Source: Octopus vulgaris
Taxonomy: Eukaryota
Reading direction: 5' to 3'
Assembly: GCA_951406725.2 (NCBI GenBank)
Contig: OX597820.1
Location: 19,096,001 to 19,160,000 of the forward strand
DNA length: 64,000 bases
Positions 35,464-47,775 of this stretch are shown here, in pieces. A program made the translations under genes and the position numbers. The notes under the pieces were generated by a model that saw only the letters and a list, made by a program, of their open reading frames with translations, did not search any database and was not told the origin of the DNA. Positions within the stretch are counted from its first letter, which is position 1, and the number at the start of each line of letters is the position of its first letter.

Positions 35464-36604
35464 AGAGAAAAATAGGGTCCTACAAATTCAAAAGGTGTTG
35501 ATTGACAGAAAAGCTTAAAGAATGAAATATCAGAAGACTGAATTAAGTTTTAGTGAAAAGGAAAATTCATTACTGGTTTGGTATTGAGTTTTTTTCCTAA
35601 AGTTCATGGCCCCTTTGTTGATTTTAATTTTGAATATATTAACCCTTTAGCATTCAGATTATTAAAGTAAAGCTTATTTAATTACATCGTTTTGAAATAA
35701 TAAAGTGTGATCTTGTAACTCTAAGAATTTCAGTGTTTTAATGTTTTATTTTTACAATGGCATTGTAGGATAGGTGTGAAAGGCTGGATCTGGTCAGTTT
35801 GAACAGGTAAGACAGGTAAAACATTTGGGCTAGATATGGCCGATTTAAATATTAAAGGTAAAGATAAATGAATAATGTGCTTAGTCAGTTGATTTCATTA
35901 ATCCGTACAAATAGGAAGTTAATCAGTACTTGCTATTTATACTTATTAACTGCCCCCATTAACTGCTGTGTCTGGCGAGAGTCATTTTCTTTTTGTGCCT
36001 TCACACTCACCGGGAAATTTCCACTTATTTCTCATTTTTATTTTCCAAATATTTTCGTAGCATCTTGCAACCTTTTCAATAGTTTTGACTCTGTCCGTTA
36101 TTTACACTGCGTTCCTTTTTGTTAGTTTGTGCGCATGTGTGTGGGTCAGTGTGTGTGTGGTGCCTATGCATGCATGCACTTATGTATGTGTGTATGTATG
36201 CATGTGTGTGTATGCATATGTATGTATGTGTGTGCATCTGTATGTATGTATTCTGCATATTCATGTGCTTTCATGTCCGTGTTTGTGTGTATGTGTTATG
36301 TATGTGTGTGTGTGTGTGAGCATGTGTTTGTATATGTATGCACCTCTGTCTCCCTGTGTGTGCATGTCTGTGAGTATGTGTGTGTGTTTTGCAACTATGT
36401 ACCATGTTTGTATGTATGGATGTGCATCTCTGTATGTGTGCACATGTGTCTCCATATGTGTCCTTGTGTGGAGTAAAGTGTGTGTGTGTGTGTGTGTACA
36501 TAAAGGGACGGTTAAATAAGTTGATTGCTAAGGAGCTTGAACCGAGAACCATGTGGTATGAAGCCAAGTGAAATCCAGATTCACTGTTTGACCATTATTT
36601 TTCT

Positions 36605-37012
36605 TTCTTTTCTTTTACTTGTTTCAGTCATTTGACTGCGGCCATGCTGGAGCACTGTTTTTAGTCGAGCAAATCGACCCCAGGACTTATTCTTTGTAAG
36701 CCTAGTATATATTCTATCGGTCTCTTTCGCTGAACCACTAAGTTATGGGGATGTAAATACACCAGCATTGGTTGTCAAGCGATTTTGGGGTGACAAACAC
36801 AGACACACAAACATATACACACACATACATATATATATATACATATATATGACAGGCTTCTTTCACCTTCTGTGTACCAAATCCACTCACAAGGCTTTGG
36901 TTGGCCCGAGGCTATAGTAGAAGACACTTGCTCAAGGTGCCACACAGTGGGAATGAACCTGGAACCATGTGGTTGGTAAGCAAGCTACTTACCACACAGC
37001 CACTCCTGCACC
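36605..37012 (-). mobile_element. SINE family B, full length
   Basis: Reverse complement of the family B consensus. Confidence 0.85.
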
Positions 37013-37088
37013 TATATTTGTACTTACTGTTATAAACATTATCAAATCAATTTGGCTTCTCTTTTCATATTTTGGTACATAATTTTAA

Positions 37089-37305
37089 CCCTTTAGCACT
37101 TAAACCAGCCATATCCCACCTAAATATGCTACCTGTTTATGGTCAAAATGGCTAGATCAAGGTCCCCATGCCTACGCTACAATGTCATTCTAAAAATAAA
37201 CAGTCACATCATCAAAATTTTGAAGCTGTGAGATAATACATGATCAATTCAAAACTGTGAATAAATAAGCATTACATTTGATGGAGCAATCTGAATGCCA
37301 AAGGG
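37089..37305. mobile_element. piggyBac-like MITE family H
   Basis: TTAA|CCCTTTAGCA...TGCCAAAGGG|TTAA. Other copies at about 124-323, 35643-35860, 52980-53192, 55401-55875 and 63640-64000. Confidence 0.8.
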
Positions 37306-37530
37306 TTAAATATGGTAAATCTCTTCATCACGTTCCTTACAGTTTTTTTACTTAGAGGAGGCACAGGGCCAACTTCTGTAAGTAATTGGATAATCAAATA
37401 AATTAGATTGACCCTGGTATAGTATTGGTGTTCATTTTATTGATTCTAAATGACACTGGTGGAATTTGAACACAGAACTCTGTAGAAGAGAGAGATAGAG
37501 AGATGGTGAGAGAGAGAGAGAGAGAGAGAC

Positions 37531-37579
<49 letters not shown>

Positions 37580-38147
37580 GTGAGAGAGAGAGAGAGAGAG
37601 AAGTAAAAATCAGTGAAACATCTTGTCTGCACTTTATTTCAGTCACCTCTCCTGCTCTATCAACACTTTATATTAAAACTTGTGATATTGTGTGTGTGTG
37701 TGTTATTGATTTATTATTACAACTGAGGTTGGCTGGCTCTGCCTGATGTTTGGAGATTACTGTGGAACAGTAGCAGAGTTTGTTTGGCAACAAGGGAAGA
37801 ACTGGAAGTTGATTGTGTGTTGTGTAGTAAAGGCACTGGTAGATTATTTTTGAATGGTTGGGCTTTGATACTGAGGTGCGTAGTGGTGGTGGGGGTGGGG
37901 GTACCCTGTGGCTGATGAGTCGATATGGTTGGGGGTTCAAATCTGTATCTTGTTGTTCTGAACATCACACTCTGTTGCTGCTGCTGCTGATGGCTGTGAT
38001 GACAGTGACAAAGATGAATGGTCTAGGTAGGGGACAAGGCCAGAAGTTCTGAAAGGTGGCTAGAGGTGAGTTGGTACCATTTAACTGCACTACTTGACTT
38101 TTATCAGCCATGGTGGATTGAAAAGCAAATTCTGCCAATGTATTCTG

Positions 38148-38192
<45 letters not shown>

Positions 38193-38380
38193 AATAATGA
38201 TAATAATAATAATAATAATAATGATGATGATGTTTCGCTACTTCCCCTCCCCAAGCTTTCAGTCATACTGTAACATCTCTTATCCTTCACTCGCCCTAGG
38301 ACACTGGGTGTGTTTCGGCAAGTGACTGTGACAAGGATGTAGATTAAAAGTAAAAGATAATAATAATGATAATAATAATG

Positions 38381-38416
<36 letters not shown>

Positions 38417-38725
38417 GGAGCACTCTGTCAGTTACAACGATGAGGGTCCCAGCTGATACGATCAACGGAACAGCTTACTCGTGAAATTAATGTGCAGGTG
38501 GCCGAGTACTCCATAGGCACATGTACTCTTAACATAGTTCTCAGAGAGATTTAGCGCGACACAGTGTGTGACAAGGCTGGCCCTTTGAAATACAGGTACT
38601 ACTCGCTTTTGCCCGCTGAGAGGACTGGAGCAACGTGAAATAAAGTGTCTTGCTCAAGGACACAACGCGTTGCCGGGAACTTACGATCGGGAGCCAAATG
38701 CCCTGACTACTAAGCCATGCGCCTT
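38417..38725 (-). mobile_element. tRNA-derived SINE sharing the family E tail, with a different head and core
   Basis: Shares GAGCACTC.GTC.GTTAC.ACGA.GAGGG...GAAATACAGGTAC with 62791-63178. Head GGCGCATGGCTTAGTAGTCAGGGC on the minus strand. Confidence 0.7.
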
Positions 38726-40115
38726 TACAACAACAACAACAACAACAACACCACCACCAATAATAATAATAATTTCAAATTTTGGCAGAAGGCCATCAGG
38801 TTTTGAGGGATTGCATTGATTACATACGTCAGGGGTTACATACTTCACTGGTACTTATTTTATTGACCCTGAAAGAATGGAAGGTGAAGTTGACCTCGAT
38901 GAAATTTGAACTCAGAGCATAAAGATGGGGGAAATGCTGCTAAGCATTTTGTCCAGCATGCTAATAAATCTGCCAGTTCACTGTCTTGATGATGATGATG
39001 ATCCTATCTACTAAAGGCACAGGCCTGAAATCCCTAGAGGGATGAAGGGCAAAGTTGACCGTGGCAAGATATGAACTCAGAACCATAGTGAGTCACAATC
39101 AATACTGTAGAGCATTTTGTTCAATTCCCCAGGCTGACCAATGTCTTCTGAGTGAATTTGGTAAATGGAAACTGTGTGGAAGCTTGTCAGCTATATATAT
39201 GTTGACAACTAGTGTTGGTTTATTGTCTCTGTTTTTTTTTCTTCTTTACCATCCCTATATATATATAGATACTGTTGTAAATGGGGGAGTCATTCTCTTT
39301 TAGTGCCTTATAATTTAACACACTCACCGGTAAAATTTCCACTCATTTACTTATTTGTTTACCGGTGAGTGTTAAATTATAGGGCATTAAAAGAGAATGA
39401 CTCTCCCCAGACACAAAAAAAAATTTGCTTCAACACACGAAACATATTAAAAATCTTGCAAACCAAATCCAAAAGCGAAATATACCCACACACATATACA
39501 CACATATATACATATATCTATGTACACACACACACAGCAACTGTGGTGCAACTTGAGATAAGTTATACTGATTATTGTCATTGAATATGAGTTCTAACCA
39601 TTGAAACCGTTTGTGTTGTTTTTGGGGGGTTTTTTTTATCATATTTTACCAAGCTAATTTTTCTGTCTTTTCAAGTAGGAATTATAAATGATATAAATGG
39701 TAGAGAGATGAATTTTTTGACTCAAAGAGCATTAGGTGCATTTAAAATTCATTTTTTTCTCCAAGACCCTGATTTAAATGATAATATACACCTAATTAGA
39801 GGGTTTTTCTTTATTTTTTATTTTTAGCAAAACCATATTTTTCAATGTTGATAATTATTAACGATCAGTTAGGAATGGAATTGATCTTCCCATGTATATC
39901 TTTTTTCTTCTTTTTTTTCGAATTTAGCAAGTTCTTTGCCATTTTTTTCTTTTAAAGTAAATATACAATCAGTTGAAAAATTGGAAATTCAAAATTTTGT
40001 ACATAGTAGAAAAATATGTTGATTCTGTGCATGGATTTCCTTGCCATCTAGAATATGTAACGTGTGTGTTTGTGGGTATATCTGTATATGTGTGTGTGTG
40101 CTGTGCTTCTCTGCA

Positions 40116-40193
<78 letters not shown>

Positions 40194-40746
40194 TATAAAA
40201 ATTATATATAAAAAGAAACAAGAACGTGAAATACACAAAGGGACGAACACAGAAAACGGACGGGTCATTCGAAGCCTTTAATCTTCAGTCAGAAACCGGA
40301 TCATCATAGCAAATTTCGGCTGATTAATCCTGATATTGCTCCGACATGGCCAGCCCCAATGAAAAACTAAGCTGCGAGCATTAGATTTCTTGGAAAAAAG
40401 GATCGAATGTAAACGAAACAAGGACAGAAAAACGGACGAAGCCACACGAATATAAATACAAAAAACGAAAACAAAAATAAAAATAAAAACAAGAATGGTA
40501 ATAACAGGATAACAGCAGATGTCTTACGCCTTTAGACAAATTGAGACAAATTTAACTTATCTAGCAGGCGTGTTTGGAAAAATTGCCTTATGTATACAGT
40601 TGGCATTAGGAAGGGCATCCAGCCATAAAAACCATGCTAAAACTGACTCTGGAGCTTGAAGCCATCCTTGGACATATCAGTCTCAAACAAACCAACCCAT
40701 CCCCAACATGGAACAGGCCATTGTTGATGATGTTTATTTAATATAT

Positions 40747-41104
40747 GGAAGCACTCCGTCGGTTATGACGATGAGGGTTCTGGTTGATCCGAATCAACAG
40801 AACAGCCTGCTCGTGAAATTAACGTGTAAGTGGCTGTGTAAGTACACAGACACGTGTACCCTTAACGTAGTTCTCGGGGATATTCAGCGTGACACAGAGA
40901 GTGACAAGGCTGGCCCTTTGAAATACAGGTACAACAGAAACAGGAAGTAAGAGTGAGAGAAAGTTGTGGTGAAAGAGTACAGCGGGGGTCACCACCATCC
41001 CCTGCCGGAGCCTCGTGGAGCTTTAGGTGTTTTCGCTCAATAAACACTCACAACGCCCGGTCTGGGTATTGAAACCGCGATCCTATGACCGCGAGTCCGC
41101 TGCC
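40747..41104 (-). mobile_element. SINE family E, joined directly to an RTE 3' UTR (41105-41338)
   Basis: Near-identical to 62791-63178 but lacks the box A head. Confidence 0.8.
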
Positions 41105-41471
41105 GTCCGCTTTCCATGCTAGCATGGGTTGGACGGTTCAACTGGGGTCCGGGAAGCCAGAAGGCTGCATCAGGCCCAGTCTGATCTGGCAGTGTTTCTA
41201 CAGCTGGATGCCCTTCCTAATGCCAACCACTCCGTGAGTGTAGTGGGTGCTTTTTACGTGCCAGACGGGGCTGGCAAACGGCCACGGTCGAATGGTGCTT
41301 TTACGTGCCACCGGCACGGGGGCCAGCCAAAGCTGGCATATTAAACAAGTGCAATGAACAGATAAGATAATACCAAAACAGTTTCCAGATTCAGGCATGT
41401 GTGTGTTTGTGTGTGTGTGTAGTGGTTCAGCAAAAGAAATAAATCCCTGGAGCATATGTATATATATATAC

Positions 41472-41520
<49 letters not shown>

Positions 41521-43324
41521 TATATAATTTAAATAATGAGGGTGATAAATTGAATATTAATTTAATTAACATCAATTTAAAACCAGTAGCCTAGCATACA
41601 GAAAAATCTGAAAATTCAGAAAAATTGTAATATTGGATGTCCACTTAGTGGTCATCCCTTATTATACGCATGTATATATATATATGTGTGTGTGTATATA
41701 TATATAAATATATATATATATGTGTGTGTGTGTGTGTATATATGTATATATATAAATATATATATATATATTATGTAAATATGTATGTATATGTCGTATA
41801 TATATGTATATGTATACATATATATCTGTGTGTTTGTGTATGTATATTTATGTGTGTGTATATATCTGTATATGTACATATATATGTATATGTATGTATG
41901 TATGTACATATACATATGTGCTTGTTGAATAGCCCATTGTTGTCAGCCAATTTTTACAATAGAATGTCGTATAAAAAGTTTTGTTTATTCCATGTTAGAC
42001 CATGCCTTCCTCGACAGATTGGCCTCTTGATCAGGATAGATTTGTGCAATTTATCACCAAAAAAACTTTGTTGAGAATTTGCTTCCTTTTTAAATTATTT
42101 ACATGTCTGTTTGACCATTTCACATGACTTTAGACATTAAAACTTTAGAATTCCTTACAACTCTGGTCACTGTAATGCTTTGCTTCCATTTGTTTAATAA
42201 AAAATTCCTCTTCCTAATGATTTTGCTTTCATTTTGTGATAGACAGCTATCACGCAGGAAATGCCGGCTAGCATGCAAATATCATGTAGAAAATGTCAGC
42301 TTCCAAATCCTGCTTTCTGATTAGGTAAAATTGATTAAACTTCAAACCTCAGTAACATTTTTCTGTAATTTTTCTGGAACAAATAAATACCATATTGGAT
42401 TTAACATGGAAAATTATTTCAATATACTAAATTTGAAAATTTTGATGTAATTTTAAAATCTCACAATATGTGACAGCAACAGGGGAGACCCTACAAAAGT
42501 AGAGTCAGACAGTTACAGGACATCACACACACACAGACATACACACCCACACATTTACAAATGTACACACAGGTAATCATGAGTTTAAAATGGTGTATAG
42601 TAGACATGTATGTGTGGGTGTGTGAATGTCTGTGTGCGTGTTGTCTCTATGTATTTACTAAAGTATGTATGCAGCATTGCATGTATATGACTGCTGTATT
42701 AACGTTAACATCCCATTGCCACACAATATTTGTCGCTTACATAACGCGGTTCTTGCCTTCTCTAGTATAAGTCTCCCTCAAACTGCTAGTGTGTTTCCCT
42801 CAGACTTATACTTTTTTGCACCGTTCTCATTTTGTCATGTAATTCGTTCATCCCCTCTTGGGGCGGGGCTCACATTATAGATTTTTGTTGAAATCCAATT
42901 AGCCTATTATTGAATTGGATGTTAGTGTAACATGTATGAAAAGATTCGTGAATGCTGGTTTTGCTGGTTTAAGTACAATGATGGTAACAGACAGACAGAA
43001 ATTGCCATTTATATAAGATGTATATATATATGTATATATGTGTGTGTGTGTGTGTATGTGTGGTTGTATGTATGTGGGTATATATATATATATATATACA
43101 TATATATATGTGTGTGTGTGTGTGCGTGTGTGTATGAATGTGTATATATATATATATGCATGTGTGTGTGTGTGTATATGAATATGTATATATATGTATG
43201 CGTATATGTGTGTGTGTGTGTATATGAATGTGTATATATATATGTATGCGTATATGTGTGTGTGTGTGTATCTGAATGTGTATATATATGTATGCGTATA
43301 TGTGCGTGTGTATATATATATATA

Positions 43325-43398
<74 letters not shown>

Positions 43399-43404
<6 letters not shown>

Positions 43405-43700
43405 AGAAAACAAATCTACACATATATGTAATTTATATGTAATTTATGTGTAGATTTGTTTTCTTACTATGATAATTTTACCTCTCTATGAAGGAAGATT
43501 AATTCCTCACATTCAGAAATAAACTATAAAACCTGAAAAATGATGTGACACGTTTGGTTTGAAAGTGTCTTTCGTCAGAATGGGAAGTGCTTATGGGAAA
43601 GTGCTTTGAGGAGTAAATGTTTTGATGTGTTTGAAACATTACAGCTCAGAATGAAAATGTTTTGGCTTTATTCTATTAGTAATATTTTCAATAGCCTTTC
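43399..43700. mobile_element. (TA)n-flanked element with 26-bp foldback arms and a decayed hammerhead core
   Basis: Arms 43399-43424 and 43445-43470. CTGACGA on the minus strand at about 43572-43578. Confidence 0.65.
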
Positions 43701-43712
43701 TATATATATATA

Positions 43713-43760
<48 letters not shown>

Positions 43761-43955
43761 GCACATATACGCATACATATATATATACACATTCATATAC
43801 ACACACACACACATATACGCATACATATATATACATATATGGAGCTGCTGTTTTATTTCCAAAGAGAATTAGGGGTTTCGTTGACTTCCATAGCGTTTAT
43901 GGATTACACACACATGCATACACCTGCAAACAAATTTCTGTACACATACAGACAC

Positions 43956-43999
<44 letters not shown>

Positions 44000-44047
44000 A
44001 AACAAGTCAAGATAGAAAATGCTAAAATAATTTTATAAAGAACATTT

Positions 44048-44084
44048 CAGTACCGGTTTCAGTCATTTGAGACCTTTTCAACTG
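44048..44084 (-). ncRNA. Minimal type I hammerhead with compensatory U3-A8 core
   Basis: CAG-UUGAAAA-GGUC-UCAAAU-GACU-GAAAC-CG-GUA-CUG. Lies in a TA-flanked insert. Confidence 0.7.
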
Positions 44085-44435
44085 TAACAATTAAAAAATT
44101 AAATTTAGAAAAATTAAAAGAAAAGCTTTTTTAAAACAATATTTGTATAGTGTTCAAATATAAGTGGCATTTTCCTTGTTTCTGCCTTTCTCTGTCTCTC
44201 TTGTTTACTCTTGTGGGTTCAAGGTCCATGTATATATATTTACATTTATATTTATATAAATAAGAATAAGATTGTTATTTAAATACTGGTGGCCAGCATG
44301 GGAACAAAAAACTTCAAAGGTAATAATTATTATTAAAATTATAATTTAGAGTATCTAAGAGATACCACCACGCTGGAAATAACAGCCAAAACATGACTCT
44401 AAAACCACATTAATTTTTCATACAGCACCAGGAGA

Positions 44436-44480
<45 letters not shown>

Positions 44481-44551
44481 CAAAATGTAACCACATGTGA
44501 GTCGTTGGTGATTTTCTTCCTCTGTCTTCCTTTCTATTGGACTTTCCTCTA

Positions 44552-44584
44552 TTTCTGAAGAAGAGTTTTGCTCGAAATGTTAAA
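44552..44584 (+). ncRNA. Minimal hammerhead-like motif in a TA-flanked element (44477-44680; relative at 26625-26720)
   Basis: UUU-CUGAAGA-A-GAG-UUUUG-CUC-GAAA-UG-UUA-AA. Confidence 0.55.
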
Positions 44585-44822
44585 CCATCTTTCTTTCCTT
44601 CCCTGAGCATCTGCTAATACTTTACATGTACCACTGCCTCGTGTTGTTTTTTTGTGTTTGTTGTTCTTTACCTTGATTTATATATACATCTATATGTATA
44701 TATATGATTATGTATCTATCTATGTGTGTGTGTGTATACATATATATATACAGACACATATTTGTATTTATATATATGTAGATATATATTCATACATATG
44801 TGTGTATATATATATATATATA

Positions 44823-45644
44823 TCATCATCATCATCATCATCGTTTAACGTCCGCTTTCCATGCTAGCATGGGTTGGACGGTTCAACTGGGGTCTGGCAA
44901 GCCCGAAGGCTGCACCAGGCCAGTCAGATATGGCAGTGTTTCTACAGCTGGATGCCCTTCCTAATGCCAACCACTCCGAGAGTGTAGTGGGTGATTTTAT
45001 GTGCCACCGACACAGGTGCCAGACGAGGCTGGCAGACGGCCACGCTCGGATGGTGTTTTTTATGTGCCACCGACACAGGTGCCAGACGAGGCTGGCTGAC
45101 AGCCACGCTCGGATGGTGTTTTCTTATGTGTCACCGACACAGGTGCCAGATGAGGCTGGCGGACGGCCACGCTCGGATGGTGTTTGTTACGTGCCCTCAG
45201 CACGGAGGTCAGTCGTTGCGGTACTGGCTACGGTCACGTTCGGATGGTTTTCTTATGTGCCACCGGCACTGGTACCACAAGGATACAAATTCCATTGATG
45301 TTCATCTATTGATTTGGTTCGATTTGATTTGATTTGATTCGATTCGATTCTCACTTGCCTCAACAGGTCTTCACAAGTGTCACAAGAAGGAAGGTATGCA
45401 CAGGTGGACTGACTACGTCCCAGGTAGGGGCCACGGATTATGGCTTCACTAGTCTTGCCGGGTCTTCTCACGCACAGCATACTTCCATAGGTCTCGGTCT
45501 CTAGTCATTTCCATGGTGAGACCTAACGTCCGAAGGTTGTGCTTCACCACCTCGTCCCAGGTTTTCCTGGGTCTACCTCTTCCACGGGTTCCCTCAACTG
45601 CTAGGGATTGGCACTTTCTCACACACCTATCTTCATCCATTCTC

Positions 45645-45649
<5 letters not shown>
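44823..45649 (-). mobile_element. 5'-truncated RTE-clade LINE: intact ORF C-terminus (45449-45649), 3' UTR with tandem units, (GAT)n tail
   Basis: [58 protein letters not shown] is the typical RTE C-terminal RGRPRKTW...DR..W motif. Confidence 0.9.
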
Positions 45650-45684
<35 letters not shown>

Positions 45685-45782
45685 TAGATAGATATATGTC
45701 TGTATATATATATATCGATATATACATGTCTGTATATACACATATATATGTATTTATATATGTATATACTTGTATGTATACG

Positions 45783-46120
45783 CTGGCTCAGTGGTTAGAG
45801 CGTCGAGCTTACGATCGTGAGGTTGTGAGCTCGAATCCCGGACCGGGCTGCGTGTTGTGTTCTCGAGCAAGGCACTTTATTTCACGTTGCTCCAGTTCAC
45901 TCAGCTGTAGAAATGAGTTGCGACGTCACTGGTGCCAAGCTGTATCGACCTTTGTCTTTCCCTTGGATAACACTGGTGGCGTGGAGAGGGGAGGCTGGTA
46001 TGCATGGGCGACTGCTGGCCTTCCATAAAAACAACCTTGCCCAGACTTGTGTCTAGGAGGGTAACTTTCTAGGTGCAATCCCATGGTCATTCATGACCGA
46101 AGGGGGTCTTTACCCTTTTT
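45783..46120 (+). mobile_element. tRNA-derived SINE family F, CpG-intact
   Basis: Box A TGGCTCAGTGG, box B GCTCGAATCC, then a GTGTTCTCGAGCAAGGCACTT core and a body unrelated to a tRNA 3' end. Confidence 0.8.
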
Positions 46121-46799
46121 TACATACACACACACTCATAGTGTGTGCGTACATGTTTGTATTTATGTATATTAAATATTTGGATTGTTCAATGAGAGAC
46201 TAAATTCAAGATATTAAATTTTATCATAGACTCCATTTAATCTTAAACACTAATATTAATAAATATCTTTTTTTTCTTTCCCTTTTAAAACTTTAATAAA
46301 CTTCAGAAATTTTGGGTCTGTTTTTTTCAAAATATTTTTGGCTTTGTTTCTTTAGTATTTTCTTGTATTCTTTGGGTCTTTCTTGATAAAAGAAAAAGTT
46401 CAAATTTCATCAGGTATTCAGTGATGAATGATAAAGTATTAATAGGTGCATGTGTGTGTGTGTATGTATGTGTATGTGTGTGTGTGCATGCACACATGTG
46501 GGAATTTCTTGCTGGGTCTGGGAGCAGGTTTAGGGCTCACGGTCTTTGCAGGACTCCTTAATCTCGTAGCAAGGCTCTTCTTCAAAAATTCTAACGTCAA
46601 TATTTGTAGGAAAAACATGAATGTTGAAGGGATTTCAGATGGGGTTACATTCTGAGAAGCAAAGGTTGGCAAGAAAATCATTTGTGTGGGGTTCACCAGA
46701 AGGGGCAGCTTGGATGGAACAAGGATGATAAAAGGAGAGATGTGAGAGAGAGAGAATGATACCTGATTACAAAATAAGATGTGCTTATGTTTCTTGATA

Positions 46800-46981
46800 C
46801 AGGGTGGGCCAAAATTCATGAAAAGGTATGAAATTTTAATAAATATTTTAAATTCAGATGTGAATTTTTTCACCTGCCTTGTATACACCTAACTTTTCTA
46901 TATACAGGATGTCCATAAATTACCTTTACAAGTTTCATACTTTTAAACTCCATATTGTAATGAGATTTTATGGACAACCTG
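46800..46981. mobile_element. Two adjacent ~80-bp Tc1/mariner-like MITEs (46800-46881, 46905-46981)
   Basis: TA|CAGGGTGGGCCAAAA (degenerate partner) and TA|CAGGATGTCCATAAA...TTTATGGACAACCTG|TA. Confidence 0.65.
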
Positions 46982-47303
46982 TATGTGTAGAAATATATAC
47001 ACACTCACACACAAATGAACATATATATGTATATGATACTGGGGTATTGCAAGTTTAACTACTTAGCATTCAGATTATTTTGTCAAAGCTAGTGTTTATT
47101 TATTCTCATTCCTTTGAATTAATCTTGCATGAGATCAGTGATGCAATTGTTTATTTTAAAAATGGCAATATTGGATAGGTGTGAGAGGTTGGATCTGGCC
47201 ATGTTGACCTCAGCAGAATTTGAACTCAGAATGTGAAGACAGGCAAAATACTGCTAAGCATTTTGCCTGGAACAGTAATGATTCTGCTAGTTTGCCACCT
47301 TAA

Positions 47304-47775
47304 CCCTTTTGTTACCATATTTCTTTTGAGATGCTCTGTGTTTCTTTCAATTGATTTTAAATATAACAAAGAATTTAGTAAAATAACTTAGTTATCATTA
47401 AGCTGGTGTTAGGAACATAAATTGTGATTAGGGTTTGGTGGAAGATTTTAATTCAAAACTTATGAAAACAAGACATTTGTACTTAGAGCCAGAGGTGGTT
47501 TCAGTTGGGTTAGTATCAAAAGGGTTAAGAATTGTTTCTCTATTATATGTTTTAACCATTTTGTTACTATATTTCTTTTGAGATGATGTGTTGCTTTCAA
47601 TTAATTTTAAATATAACAAAGAATTTAGTTAAATAACTTAGTTATCATTAAGGTAGTGTTGGGAACATTAATTGTGACTAAGGTTTGGTGGAAGATTTTA
47701 ATTCAGAACTTATGAAAACAAGACATTTGTACTACAAAGCCAGAAGCAGTTTCAGTCGGGTTGGTATCGAAAGGG
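47304..47775. mobile_element. Two tandem family G MITEs (47304-47524, 47556-47775)
   Basis: Each is bounded by TTAA|CC and GGG|TTAA. Confidence 0.85.

Noticed and set aside
45783-45860. Possible tRNA gene
   Set aside because: A and B boxes are present, but there is no closed acceptor stem and it runs into a SINE body. The same applies to 63100-63178.
46439-46888. 149-aa minus-strand ORF and overlapping hydrophobic plus-strand ORF
   Set aside because: It starts in a MITE and ends in a microsatellite, with no recognisable domain or paired splice sites.
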